A DNA stretch of 64,000 nt, from the NCBI RefSeq assembly GCF_009914755.1, contig NC_060931.1; one strand, given 5' to 3'. A model generated the notes under the pieces. That model worked only from the letters and a program-made list of their open reading frames with translations, did no database searches and had not been told where the DNA came from. This DNA is from the human T2T-CHM13v2.0 reference genome, Homo sapiens. The position numbers were made by a program, and so were the translations under genes. Below are positions 1 through 14,259 of the stretch, in pieces. Position 1 is the stretch's first letter. Every line of letters starts with the position of its first letter.

Positions 1-648
1 GATTAGATTAGTAGTATTTAATTTTCCTTATTAGCTTGAATTCAATGAATCCGTCTTAATTTTGGTTCTTTAGGTGGAGGGAAGCCTATATATTAATATG
101 CTAATTAATTGGAAGTATAATCCTAGGGCACTAACAGTGAGAGAAAAAGAAAGTGAGGCAAAGAAGATTGAAAAATAAATGCAAGGGGATATATTATCTA
201 TCGCTATCTGACAAGCCTTAAAATGACATGTCTGGAAAACTTGTGTAATGAAACAGTCCATTGGCAGGAAAAATAGGAAATTTATCTGCTGTCTCTTTTG
301 TGTCTCTTACCAACTATTGGTCAAAATTTGCCCTGGCCTGCCTCTCTTTGTTGTGTCCTGGTCCCTATGGCAGCCTCTGGTGAAGTGAGATCCCAAATTC
401 TGCAGTGGCAGCTGTAGTGGGGATAGTAATACAGAGTCTGAAAGCTAGGCAAGTCCAGGAAGCTCTGAGGAGACATGTGGACAGTGTTTGACAAACCCCC
501 ATATAACTCCATCAGCAGATTTAATAGTTAATGCCTCCTAAACACCAATGCAATTTATTTCTCCTCTCAGCAAGAACTCACATCTATGCTTCAATACTTT
601 CAAGTAATGTTTTAATTAGAAGAAAATAGTAATTTAGAAGTACTATCT

Positions 649-980
649 GGCCAGGCGTGGTGACTCACACCCATAACCCCAGCAGTCTGGGAGGCCCAGG
701 CAGGAGGCTTGTTTGAGGCCAGTAGTTCGAGATCAGTCTGTACAACATAGGGAGACCACATCTGTACAAAAAATTGTTTAAAAATTATCTGGGCATGGTG
801 GTGCACAACTGTAGCCCCAGTGTACTCTAGAGTACACTGTGTACTCTAGATGAGGTGGAGAGTCACTTTAGCCCAGGAGGTCAAGACTGCAGTGAGCCCT
901 GATAACGCCACTACACTCCAGCGCAGGTGACAGACTGAGACCCTATCTCAAAAAAAGAAAAGAAAAGAAAAGAAAAGAAA
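649..980 (+). mobile_element. Alu (AluJ-like) with (AAAAG)n tail
   Basis: Dimeric Alu sequence; partial TSD TACTATCT. Confidence 0.93.
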
Positions 981-1422
981 ATCAATACTATCTGATAGCT
1001 GTTATTTTTAAAATGAATATCAACTTATATGTTGCTTACAATTGTGGAATAGCTTGAAAATACATAGGCATTTGGGACTATTAGTTCATTGTTTTATGAG
1101 TATTCACAGTTAGAGTTTCTCACTCATTTCCTAAATTATTTCTCAAATAAGAAATAACCTGATACTACATTTTATTCTAACCGTACTTTTCAATCTCTTT
1201 GATATTTAGAATGTTGATGACTAAGGCAAATTTCATGACTTTTTAATATCTAATCATAAAATTTTTCCTTATAAAGTTTCAGTTTGAACTCCTGTAGCAA
1301 GGATTTTTTACCATTTCCGTTTTAACTATTTTTGGACCCAGCTGACTAGAATAATATTTGTATGTGAATTAGCTGTGAAGTCTACACAGATTTACAAATA
1401 AAATATCATTGTTAGAAAACTT

Positions 1423-1713
1423 GGCCGGGCGTGGTGGCTCACGCCTGTAATCCCAGCACTTTGGGAGGCCGAGACGGGCGGATCATGAAGTCAGGAGATC
1501 GAGACCATCCTGGCTAACATGGTGAAACCCTGTCTCTACTAAAAATACAATAAATTAGCCAGACATGGTGGCGGGTGCCTGTAGTCCCAGCTACACTGGA
1601 GGCTGAGGCAGGAGAATGGCGTGAACCCGGGGGCGGAGCTTGCAGTGAGCTGAGATAGCGCCACTGCACTGCAGCCTGCGTGACAGAGCGAGACTCAGTC
1701 TCAAAAAAAAAAA
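1423..1713 (+). mobile_element. AluY-like
   Basis: GAGATCGAGACCATCCTGGCTAAC, GAATGGCGTGAACC, GAGCTTGCAG diagnostics; TSD GAAAACTT. Confidence 0.95.
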
Positions 1714-2738
1714 GGAAAACTTATTTTGGCACCAAATTTTATGGCAGGCTACTACTGAATGGTAATGTTACTTGTTTTAAAGGTACCTCAAGAATAAATG
1801 AGTCCACCTAAGATATTTAAAACCGCACCTTTGACACAATCTGGTATTAACTAAAGAGTAATTCTAAATTCTGGAATAGATGATCAATATTAAAAAGTGT
1901 ACAGTTTATTTTACATACAAATAATTGAGTTACTTTAAGAAAAGTACAAAAATAAAGATTAATATCTATTTAAATTATACTGACAGGAAAAATTTTCATA
2001 TTTTTTAAGTGATTGTAATATTAGTTCAATAAATATCATCCATTAGGCCCAAAGGTTTGAAATAGTGCTTATAATATGAAGAACTTTCTTTAGAAAATTC
2101 TCAATTTTCACCTCCATTTAACATGTTCTGTAACATTCTCTTTCTTGATATGAAGGCTGATTACAGAACTCCTCCTTGTTTTACACAGTAAATGTGGAAC
2201 TAGGTGTGAATATAAATTTGTTTAAACTAATAATTGCCATTCAATAGCCTTCTGAGTTCATTTCCATCAGATTTACTTAAAATCGTTTTTAGAGCACAGT
2301 AATAGTGAGAGTTGAGTTTCACATATAATGTTCATGAGGGAACAAAATGTTCTCAAACACAAATTTTGAAAGCAGTCTTACAGTGTCTTGTATTGGCTAG
2401 ATCATGCAGATAAATCTTTATGAGGGTATCACTTTGATAGGAAAATATATTCAATTATTACTAATAATTTCTTTATATGTAAAAGACAATATTTTATTTG
2501 CTTTTCCTAAACCAAACTGGTGCATGCCATACTTGGTCATAGTAAATAAAAGAAAAGATAATATCAACATCTTTCTTCTAGTGAGCAGAATTCAGGAAAG
2601 TTCTCAACATGAATACATTGTGGTCAGGTTTATAGACAGGTTTATTAGGCAGTAGGTTTAAAGAATATTCATATACTATTAATACCAAGTGGTGATAAGC
2701 AGTGATAAAATAGCTTACACTACCCAGTTCTGTTATAG

Positions 2739-3062
<324 letters not shown>

Positions 3063-4150
3063 AAGTGAATCTCTTTTTATAAACCATTGTTTTAAGGTAG
3101 TCTCTTGTTTGATGTTTCAAAGTAATTCATCTATTTTAGTGGCAGTAACTCATTAGCCCTATCGACCTACAAAGATTTCTGGTAGAATAACATCAAAATA
3201 GTAAGAATAGTGTTGTTGACATTAGGCTAAGTACACAAATAAAAAATAAAAGATTAATTTAATATTGCAAAAATTTGAATCTATAAAGCAAGAGATCCTA
3301 GTGAATCTAACTAGCAATTGAACCAGCTGTAGGCAATGAATGCCAGATTCAAACTAAAGAGTAAAGACAAATTACAAACAGTTCGGAGAAGGATTTTTAT
3401 AGGCCACTAGGTGCCACTGTTTTGTGAAAAACTTATTAAATGATATAATGGAACTCTAACTTATATTCCTTTTTTAAAAAATCACATCTTGAATTGGGAT
3501 GTTGCTATATCATAGTTCTAAAGTGAGTAAATTTCTTTGTCTCTGGGATTAGTTAAACTCACAGCAAAATGAAAGTAATACAGTATTTGAAATAAGTTAT
3601 AAAGCCCAAAATTTATCATTATCAATGTAAATTTTTGGCTATTAAACTTGAGCCATCATTGATCTGGAAACAGTGATTTTGAACTGAAAGCTTAAGTGGT
3701 TTGACTGTATGTAAACCATACAGAGGGCTGCATAAGCATATTTAAACTGTGGCATATTACTTGGGCCCAAAATACTTTCTTTGAAAAAGAAACATGATTG
3801 CTTACAGAAATTTAGGAATGGTACCACCCATAAGGTAGCGTGAGAAAATTTCTTGAAGGCAGCTGTCTTTAATCCATCAACTGGCATTGATCTCAAATTA
3901 GATATAAACGAGTCCACATCGAAACTACAGAGGAGGAGATCATCTTCAGAAGTAACCAACCTATTGATATTAAAATACAGAAGACCCTTTTCTTTTAAAT
4001 ATACTGCATTTTAAAGGATGATTCTACTTATTTTCCAAAATGAACCTAAGCAAAATCATTAATACAATCCTTTAGTGTCAGGCAGAGATACAACATTTTT
4101 TTCAGCACTTACGGAAGTTTGGTGGAAAGCTGTAATAGACGAGTACTTAT

Positions 4151-4925
<775 letters not shown>

Positions 4926-5147
4926 CAGTGCACTCCTATACTTTTCACCTAACGCTAATATCTAAATATTTACAAAGTATTCCTTTGAATAGACTAATGG
5001 CTTTCCAAATCTAACCAAAGTAATTAAATGAACTAATGTTGACTAACAAACTATCATCTTTTTATTAGACAAATGATGTCTAATAAGCTATCATCTGATT
5101 CATTTTTTAGATACTCAAGCTAATATACTGTTGTAACACAGGATACT

Positions 5148-5677
5148 CTATTAGTTATCTATTGCTGTATAACATATCTCAAAATCTAGCAGCATAGAAA
5201 TAACAAACATTTATAATTATCTCACAGTTTCTGAGAACCCAGAATCCAGAGTGGCTTAGCTGGATAATTTTGGTTCAGTTTTCTTGGAGGGTTGTGGCTA
5301 AACTGTCAGCCAGGGCTGTAGTCATCTCAACACTCAGCTGGAATCAGATCCACTTTAAGGTTCATTAACGTGTTGTTTGCAAGTTTCCATTTCTCTCTGG
5401 CTGTTGTTCAGAGACTTCAATTACTCACCATGTAGGATTCTCTATAAGATGGCTTATAGTATGGTAGGTTGCTGGCCTGAGAGTGAGCGATATGAAAGAA
5501 AGAGAGTGGACACGCAAGGCAGAAGTCATAGTCTTTCTATAATCTCATTTAAGTGACATACCATCTTTTATTCATTAGAAGTTCACCACTAAGTTCCCAC
5601 ACTCAAAGTGATTGCAAAATAACATAAATATCAGGAGGTGTGGATCATTGACAGTCATCTTAGAAGCTGCTTACCAC
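5148..5677 (-). mobile_element. ERVL-MaLR solo LTR (MLT1F-like)
   Basis: TATTAGTTATCTATTGCTGTATAAC...CATCTTAGAAGCTGCTTACCACA termini typical of reverse-oriented MLT1F/G. Confidence 0.8.
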
Positions 5678-8263
5678 ACCAACAGTGAAGTCTAAGATAT
5701 CCTTTCAGTATCTCTTAAAGTAACTAAAGGCTTTCTAAAGCTAACATTGACTACTAAGCTTTCATCTGATTATTAAACAACTAATTTGATATTTTTAAGT
5801 ATTCAAGGTAATATTGTCATAGCACAAGGGTACTGATTTCACAGTCTATAAAAAGAAACAGTGAACAGATCCTTTCGTTGTTTCTTTATACTATTCAGGC
5901 AGTTTCCCCAACAGAAATAACCCCCTGAATTAGGATATAATAGTTTGATGACATTATTTCCTGAAATCACTGTTCTCCTTACATTGATTGATTATATTAC
6001 ATACAAACAATATAACCTTGACAAAGTGAGGGTCTATTGCAAACCTGTCTAAATATTTGTCTTTCATCTGAATAATATAAAAATTCCTGATGAACCCTCT
6101 TAAAATGTGAGTGTTCAACAATTTTATTTCTTAGTGCAAACTAGAATGTGAAGGTAATCTGGCTGTGTTATGTGTTGTCCCATGATTAATTCCACCCATC
6201 AGACTAGTTTGCTCCTTGGCTATGCCAAGTGTCTACCTCCTCCAGCTGTGACCTGGATTGAAGGAGATGATATTTCCAGAAAGTGCCAATTAAAACCTTC
6301 ATATTTTATTATATTAGTCTCTGGTGATTCATGTGAAATAATTTCTCAAGATCTTAATAATCTCTGAGTAAACTCATAAAATTATGACTTTGGCATATAA
6401 TTGATACACAATAATTCTGTAGAACGACTGAACATGCAAACCTCAAGAGCAGTTTGACCACATGTACCCTTCCCTTCCCTTTCTTTTAAAGATCCATTAG
6501 TGTCCTTTTAAAAGCATCCTCTATGCTTGTTGTTTGTTTGACAGTTACTTTAGTTTTAGAGTCTCTTACTGGAAGCACTGGGGTTATCCGAACAGCCCTG
6601 CAGCACGCAAAGATGGTGGAGTTTTTGTGGCCTCCTGGGAAGGGTATGGGCTGGAAGGGATGTAGTTTGACCCTGCTGGATGTCACAGGTATTGCCTCAT
6701 AGTTTAAAGTATTCTAGAAACTAAACTGGGCAAAAGCGGGGAGAGTCAGCACTGTTCCTCTGCTCCTTGCCGCCCTCGTCTAAGCTAATTACGGCAAATG
6801 TGCACCCAAAGTTAGCCAAGTCCAGCCAGGTTCAGACCAGAGCTAGGATGGCAGAATCAGACTAGTGAGGTAAAACGCCAGAGATGAGACAGAATTTGCA
6901 GAAGCAGCTGGGGGAGAAAAGAAAATATAAAAGAGGAAAAATGTGAATGGAGCTATGGTAATTATAAAAGAGAAAAAAATACATTAAGAGGGCGACCATT
7001 GCTTTAGGAAGAAGGGAGAATCTTTGTTATGCCCTTTCACAGTCACTTCAAGGTCTGACAGATGTCCATGTTCCCTCCCTGGCTGTTTTGAAATTGTCTC
7101 TCTTTTTAAGAAATAACTAGAGAGATATGGCCATGTTCACTGCAGGAAAAACCCCTGAAAAACAAAATTGTTTTACTTTGACTGGATCCCAGGAGGTAAA
7201 CTGACAGTATCAGTTTTGCAAAAGAAAAAAAAAGGCACAGACAAACCTGATAAAATTATCCTTTGAAATTGAAAAGAAATCACAGTTACCAGTATCACAC
7301 ATATACACACATAATTTATATTCCTTATTAGGCCTTTGCTAACAGTGGGAATATAAACAAGTTATGTAACCAATTTTAAGCTTCATTTTCTTCTACAAAG
7401 ACGGAACACCTACTTCACAAAGTTAGTCTACGTGTTGTATTAAATAATTGTTTTGTGTTTCAGTGGAAAACTAAACGTCTTTTACAGGAGACCTACCTGG
7501 GATGTTAGATTCTAGCCTTGTTCATTGTCTTTCAGGTATTTTGCAACTCTTTGTAAGTTATAAGTAGCTGACAGATAAGTAAATTCTGCGCTGTCTGGTA
7601 GTGATTTAATTGACTTCCTCCCCTCTGTGGAAAACTAGTTTTGTCTCCATTTGCAATTCGTCTCCACGTTCCTTTATTCTATAATAATTTTTGCTATTTT
7701 GCTCATTTTTTTCTGAACCAGTTATAACATCTACCTGGTAACTTCATATCATATAAGGAAAATAAATTCTTTAGCATGGGTTCATTTTTATATCTATATG
7801 AGTCATGATTTTTTATTTTGCAGAAAATTATCTTTTAACAAATGTATGATAATGCTGAGCACAGTGTATAGTATATATTAGAAATTCCAGAAAATAAATT
7901 ATATTTCTGATTTTAATTTTTTAAACTTTTGTGTGCTATTATTATATTTTGAATTTTTAAAATTATATTTATTCTTCGTAAAAATAATTTATGGACATAT
8001 TATAAAGATAGTGCCAAGACTTACAATGTACATCAATAGTTCACTACAGTATTCTCCATCTTGTAGGCCCTGACCCCACAAATTATGAACTGTGAAATTT
8101 ATAGCTTTGTATTTATCAATAATATGCTTACACAGCTATTTTATAAGTTACCAATTTTAGATATTTCCTATCGATTTCACATCATGGCAAATTAGAATTT
8201 AGCTCTTCCATACCATAAATGTCTATTTCTCCTGCCCCCATAATTAACATAGATATACTGTAA

Positions 8264-8748
<485 letters not shown>

Positions 8749-8916
8749 CATAAATTTTAGTTAAACCAAGTGTTAGTGCTTTCTTACATTATATGTTGCG
8801 TAAATGGTGCCCCAGACGCTCTGCAAAGTAGGAATACAGATTAAATATGTTCACACAAATAATCTTCCTTCCCTCCAAAGTGCTACATTTTGATTATTCT
8901 TTCTTTCTAATGCTGC

Positions 8917-9310
8917 TGTATTCATTGTCTATTGCTGCTGAACGAATGACTCCAAAGCTTAGTTACTTAGAACAACAATGAATTCTGTGGGTCAAGAATT
9001 CAGAGGCAGCTTAGTTTGGTGGTTCTTGCTTGGAATCTCTCATGAGGTGCCAGTCAAGATGTTGGCTAAGGTTGCAAGTTATCTGAAGTCTTGACAGAGG
9101 CTAGAAGATATTTTCCCAAGATGTCTCACTCATTTGGGGCAGGTTGTTGGCGGGAGGCCTCAGTTCCTTCCCACAGGAGCCTCTCCATGGGCTGCTTAAG
9201 CATGTTCATAATATGGTGCCTGGCTTCCCTCAAAGGGAGCATTCCAAGAAATAGCAAGGCAGAAGCATGATATGTTCCATGATCTAGGCTCAGAATTCAT
9301 ATACCATCAT
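8917..9310 (-). mobile_element. ERVL-MaLR LTR fragment (MLT1F/G-like)
   Basis: TGTATTCATTGTCTATTGCTG...TTCTGTGGGTCAAGAATTC..GCAGCTTAG; resembles 5148-5677. Confidence 0.72.
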
Positions 9311-9329
9311 TAAAAAAAAAAAAAAACCA

Positions 9330-11860
9330 GACTTTAAAAAATATAATTCACATGCCATATAACTTACCCATTTTAAATGTATACTTTAATGGTGTTTAGT
9401 ATATTCACATATATGCACAACCGTCACCACAGTCAATTTTAGAGCATTTTCATCACCTCAAAAAGAAACCCCATATTCTTTAGCTATCACCACTATAAAC
9501 CCCTATCATCTGGCACCCAACTGTAAGTGAGCACTATACTATTTTCTGTCACCATAGCTTTTCCTATTTTGGACTTTCATATAAATAGAATATGTTTTTA
9601 TGTGGACTTTTGGACTGGCTTCTTTCACTTAGCACAATGTTTTCAAGGTTAATCCAAGTTGTAGCATATGTCATACTTCATTTATTTTTATAGCCAAATG
9701 ATATTTCATTTTATAAGCATACCACATTTTATGTATCCTTTCATCCACTGACACATTTTGGCTACTGTGAATAATGCTGCTATAAACATTCATGTACAAA
9801 GGTGGGCATGGTGGCTTACACCTGAAACCCCAGCACTTTGGGAGGCTGAGGCAAGAAGGTTGCTTGAGCCCAGGAGTCCTAGACCAGCCTGGACAACATA
9901 TTAAAAACATGACTCTACAAAAAATAAAAAGAAATTAGTGGGGTGCGGTGGTGTGCACCTGTAGTCACAGCTACTCTAGAAGCTAAGGTGGGAAGACTGC
10001 TTGCGTCCACCTTTTTGAGACAGGAACTCACTCTGTCACCCAGGCTGCAGTGAGCCAAAATCGTACCGCTGCACTCCAGCCTGAGTGACAGAGTGAGTCC
10101 CTGTCTCAAACAAACAAATAAAAATTTATGTATAACTTTTTATGTGGACATGTTTTCATTTCTCTTGCATATATACCTAGAAATGGAATTACTGGTAATT
10201 CTGTTTAATTATTAGAGGAAATGCCAGACAGTTTTCTAATGTGACTGGACAATTTTGCATGCCTATCAGTAATTTATGAGAGTTCCAATTTCTCTACATT
10301 CTCACCGACACTTGTTATTATCTGACTTTTTAAACGTAGTCATCCTAGTTGGGTGTGAAGTGGCATCTTCCGGTTGTTTTGATTTGCATTTTTCTGATAA
10401 CTAATGAGGTTGAGCATCTTTTCATTTGCTTTTTGGCTGTTTGTATGTCTTCCTTGGAGAAATGTGTATTCAGGTACTTTAGCCATTTCTTAGTTTGTTT
10501 ATTTGTCTTTTATTATTAAGTTGTAAGAGTGCTTTAAATATTCTAGATAAAAGTCCCTTATCATGTATATAATTTGCATATATTTTCTCCTATTCTGTAG
10601 TGTGTTTCTTTAAATTCTTGATAGTGTTTTTTGAAGCATAAAGCTTATTGAAGTCCAGTTTGCAATTTTTTCTTTTGTTGCTCATACTTTTGGTGTCATA
10701 TTGAAAAATCCAAGGTCATGAGACTTACTGTTTTGTTTTCTTCTAAGAGTTTAAACTTTTACATTTAAGTCTTTGATATATAATATCTTGAATTTATTTT
10801 TGCATATGGTATGAAGTGAATGTCCAACTTCATTCTTTTGCCTATGACCATCTGGTTGTCCCAGCACCATTTGTTGAAAAGAATATTTTTCCCCATTGAA
10901 TGGTCTTGTCACTCTTGTCAAAACTTATTGACCATGGGTATATAGATTTATTTCTGGTCTCTCAATTATATTCCATTAGTCTATATGTCTATTCTTGTGC
11001 CAGCACACTGTTTAATTACCATTGCTTTGCAGCGAGTTTTGAAATTGGAAAATGTGAATCTGCTTACTTTGCTCTTCATTTTTTAAAATTATTTTGGCTA
11101 TTCTGGGTTTCTTGCAATTTCATATGAAATTTAGAATCAGCTTGTCAATTTCTGCAAAAAGTTTGTTGTTATTCTGTTAAGAATTGCATTGATTCTGTAG
11201 ATAAGTTTGGGAAGTACTGCTATCTTAACAATACTGCTATCTTAATAAATAATTGCTATCTTAACAATAAATAATAATGAATAAACATTCATTGTCATCT
11301 TTATTATATATCCAAATAATACATAATCCAATAATCCAAACAATAAGTAAACCTTGCAACCCATAAGTTTAGGTTTTTTAAAATTTCTTTCAACTCTATT
11401 TCATAGTTTTCAAAATATACATTTAGCACTTCTGTTATTTATTTCTAAGAATTTTATTTTTTTGATACTAGAGTAAGTGGAATTATTTTCTCAATTTCAT
11501 TTGCAGGTGGTTAATTGCTAGTATATAGAAATAAAATAGATCTTTTTATATTAATCTTGTATACTACAACCTTGTTTATTATTTGCTCTTGTAAACGTGT
11601 AATAGTTTTTAGTGGGCTTTTTAGTATTTACTATATATATACAACATCATGTCATCTGCAAAGAGAACTAGTTTTACTTCTTCTTTTCCAGTGTGGATGC
11701 TTTTCTTTTTCTTGCCTACTTGCCATGGCTTGACTCTCTAGTGCAATACTGCCTAAAAGTGGTGAGAGCAGACATCCTTTCTTGTTATTTTGCATGGTGT
11801 TGACTGTGAGATTTTTGTAGCTGCCCTTTATCAGGTTTAGGAAATTGTCTCTATCAAGAA
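9330..11860 (-). mobile_element. L1M (L1MB-like) 3' region, interrupted by an Alu; older L1-like sequence probably continues to ~12880
   Basis: GGCTTCTTTCACTTAGCA..ATGTTTTCAAGG, GATTTGCATTT..CTGAT, CCCAGCACCATTTGTTGAAAAGA are typical antisense L1 ORF2-end/3' UTR motifs. Confidence 0.88.
9801..10125 (+). mobile_element. AluJ with internal inverted duplication
   Basis: AluJ diagnostics (TTGCTTGAGCCCAGGAG); degenerate TSD AA(C/A)ATT(C/T)ATGTA. Confidence 0.92.
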
Positions 11861-12554
11861 TACTTGACTGGAGCTCTCCATTCTTCTGATCCACTGTGGA
11901 CAGGTTGCTCTCTAGGAAAGCCACACAGCAGTTGTCCTGGAATTTCCCTTTATTGTCATCCTTAAAATTTTACTGATATTTTTCTAGAATTGATCATTTT
12001 TGCTGAATACTACCTCTGTCTTTCTTAATTTACTTCCTTATTTGTTCAAGTATATCCTCCAATAGCTTCCCATGAATTAGTAACTGACATATATTTCTGC
12101 ATTTCTAAAAATGACTTTAATTTATTCTCATCATTGATTGATAATTTGGCTATCAAATTATTCATCAAATATCATTTTCATCAATAATTTTGAAGACATT
12201 GCTCCAAGGTCTTCTATCTTTCATTATAGCTTTTGAGAAGGCTAATGCAATTTGGATTTCCTGTCTCTTGTAGGTGACCTTTGTTATTTTCTCTAGAAGC
12301 TTTTTCTTCTTGATGCTCGTTATTTTGAAATGTCACATTTTATGTGATTTGTGAGGTCTGCCTTTATTTTTTTATGGGCCACTTGTGCTGGACACCTACA
12401 ATTTGGAGATTCATGTCTTTCTAAAAATTGTTTTTTACAGTTCTTGATAGTTAATCTATTTTGTTTTTTCTTTTCTCTATATATTTTATATAAAATAGTT
12501 GCTGAACCTCACGAATTTTTCCTTTCTTTTCTATGTTTACTATTTTCACATTTT

Positions 12555-12558
12555 GTGT

Positions 12559-12600
<42 letters not shown>
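12555..12600. repeat. (TG)n microsatellite
   Basis: About 23 TG units with one interruption. Confidence 0.98.
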
Positions 12601-12602
<2 letters not shown>

Positions 12603-12904
12603 AGTTTTGGTCCTTGGCTTTATCTTTCAGTCCTTTTATAATGTTATTTATTTCTATCATAGTTTTATTCTCTTTTCTTTCCTTTCCATAGCATCCTACT
12701 CTTGTAATATCTCATTGAGAATATTAGATTATTTTCAAATTTTAAAAACTATTTCCTGTATTGTCAGTTTCCAATGGGTATCTTTGTTTTTGTATTTGTT
12801 ATGGTAGCTCTTTTTTATTACTTTATTGTTTTAATATTGTTTTAGTGAGGTTTGCAGAGGCAGAAAAATACTGTGTGATCAGTCATTTTTTTTAAAAAAA
12901 ATAT

Positions 12905-13688
12905 ACTGGGTTAAATAGTATCCCCATATAATACATGTCTCCTGAGAACCCATGAATGTGGCCTTATTTGGAAATTGCAGAGGTAATCAACTTAAAATGA
13001 GTTCATACTGGAGTAGAGTGAGCTCTGAATCTAATATGACTGGTGCCATTATAAAAAGAAGGTAGGCCAGGCACAGTGGCTCATGCCTGCAATCCCTTTG
13101 GGAGGCCAAGGCAGGTAGACCACTTGAGCCCAGGAGTTTGAGACTAGCCTGAGCAACATAGGGAGACCTTGTCTCTACTACAAAAAAAAAATCGGCCAGG
13201 CCTGGGCATGGTGGCATGCATCTGTAGTCTCAGCTACTCAGGAGGCTGCGACAGGAGGACTGCTTCAGCCCAGGAGGTTGAGGCTACAGTAAGCTGTATC
13301 ATGCCACTGCACTCCAGAGCCTATGTGGCAGAGCAAGACAAAGACAAAGAAGAAGAAGAGGAGGAAGAGGAAGAGGAAGGGGGCAAAGAGGAGGGATATT
13401 GGAACACAGAGATAGATACACACACAGGAGAAATGGAAGGAATGTGAAGACAGAGGCAGAGGTTGGAGTGATACGTCAACAAGCCTAGGAACACCGAAGG
13501 TTGACGGCAATCACCAGAAGCTAGAAGAGATAAGGAAGGATCCTGCCCTAGAGCCTCAGAGGAAACATGGCCCTGCTGTCATCTTGATTTCAGGCTCCTG
13601 TCCCCAAGAACTGTGAGAAAATAACTTCCTGTCATTATAAGTTACCTGGTTTTTGTACTTTGTTAAGGCAATCTTAGGAAACAAATAT
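12905..13688 (+). mobile_element. MLT1B-like MaLR LTR interrupted by an Alu
   Basis: GAATGTGGCCTTATTTGGAAA, GTGAAGACAGAGGCAGAG, CCAGAAGCTAGAAGAG, GAACTGTGAGAAAATAA. Confidence 0.85.
13064..13395 (+). mobile_element. AluJ with purine-rich (GAA/GAG) tail
   Basis: Alu body 13064-~13335, then a GAA/GAG/GGAAGA tract. Confidence 0.9.
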
Positions 13689-14259
13689 CCTCTTCCTCAT
13701 TAAAGTTGGATGTAGAATTTAGCAGGAACAGAAATATTAACTTGCTTTTTTAAAAAATGTCTCAGATTAGTTCCTTTTAAACCTTCCTTTTTTGAGAAAG
13801 AGAAAACTGACACAATCCAGAGTCTAGCACCTCTTCCCTATAATCATTACCAATGTTGTAAAAGTTTGGCTGCCTCTCCCTGTTCAGTGGTTTCTCCTGG
13901 CCTGTTCAGTTCAAGCAACACTAGCAGTATTTTCCACCCAATGACATGTGAGTAGAATAAAACAGTTCTTCCTATGGTGATAATTGAAAATAAAATTATA
14001 GTTTTATATATTTAACTAATTAGAAGTTTAGCTAATGACTGCTTTTCATATATAATTTTAGGGTCTGGGCAGTTTGACGGCTTTTTTTTCTAAATCAGAT
14101 TGGCATTCATTTTTCTTTTATGTCTAAGAATTTGTTCAGCTCTGCTACTAATTTTACTTAAATATTTTTGTTTCAAGACTAGTGAGAGATAGAAGGAGAT
14201 GTAGGAAACGAAAAAGAAAGCCAAAAAAAGAAAGTTTAAGAAGGAAATACTCAACTGTC

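Noticed and set aside
4101-4120. TTCAGCAC.. RE1/REST-like motif (also at ~33389)
   Set aside because: Only the left half-site matches; no GGACAG right half at a valid spacing
11215-11270. Short tandem repeats (TGCTATCTTAA x3; also 25884-25915, 62058-62089, 63693-63728)
   Set aside because: Ordinary slippage duplications with no sign of function
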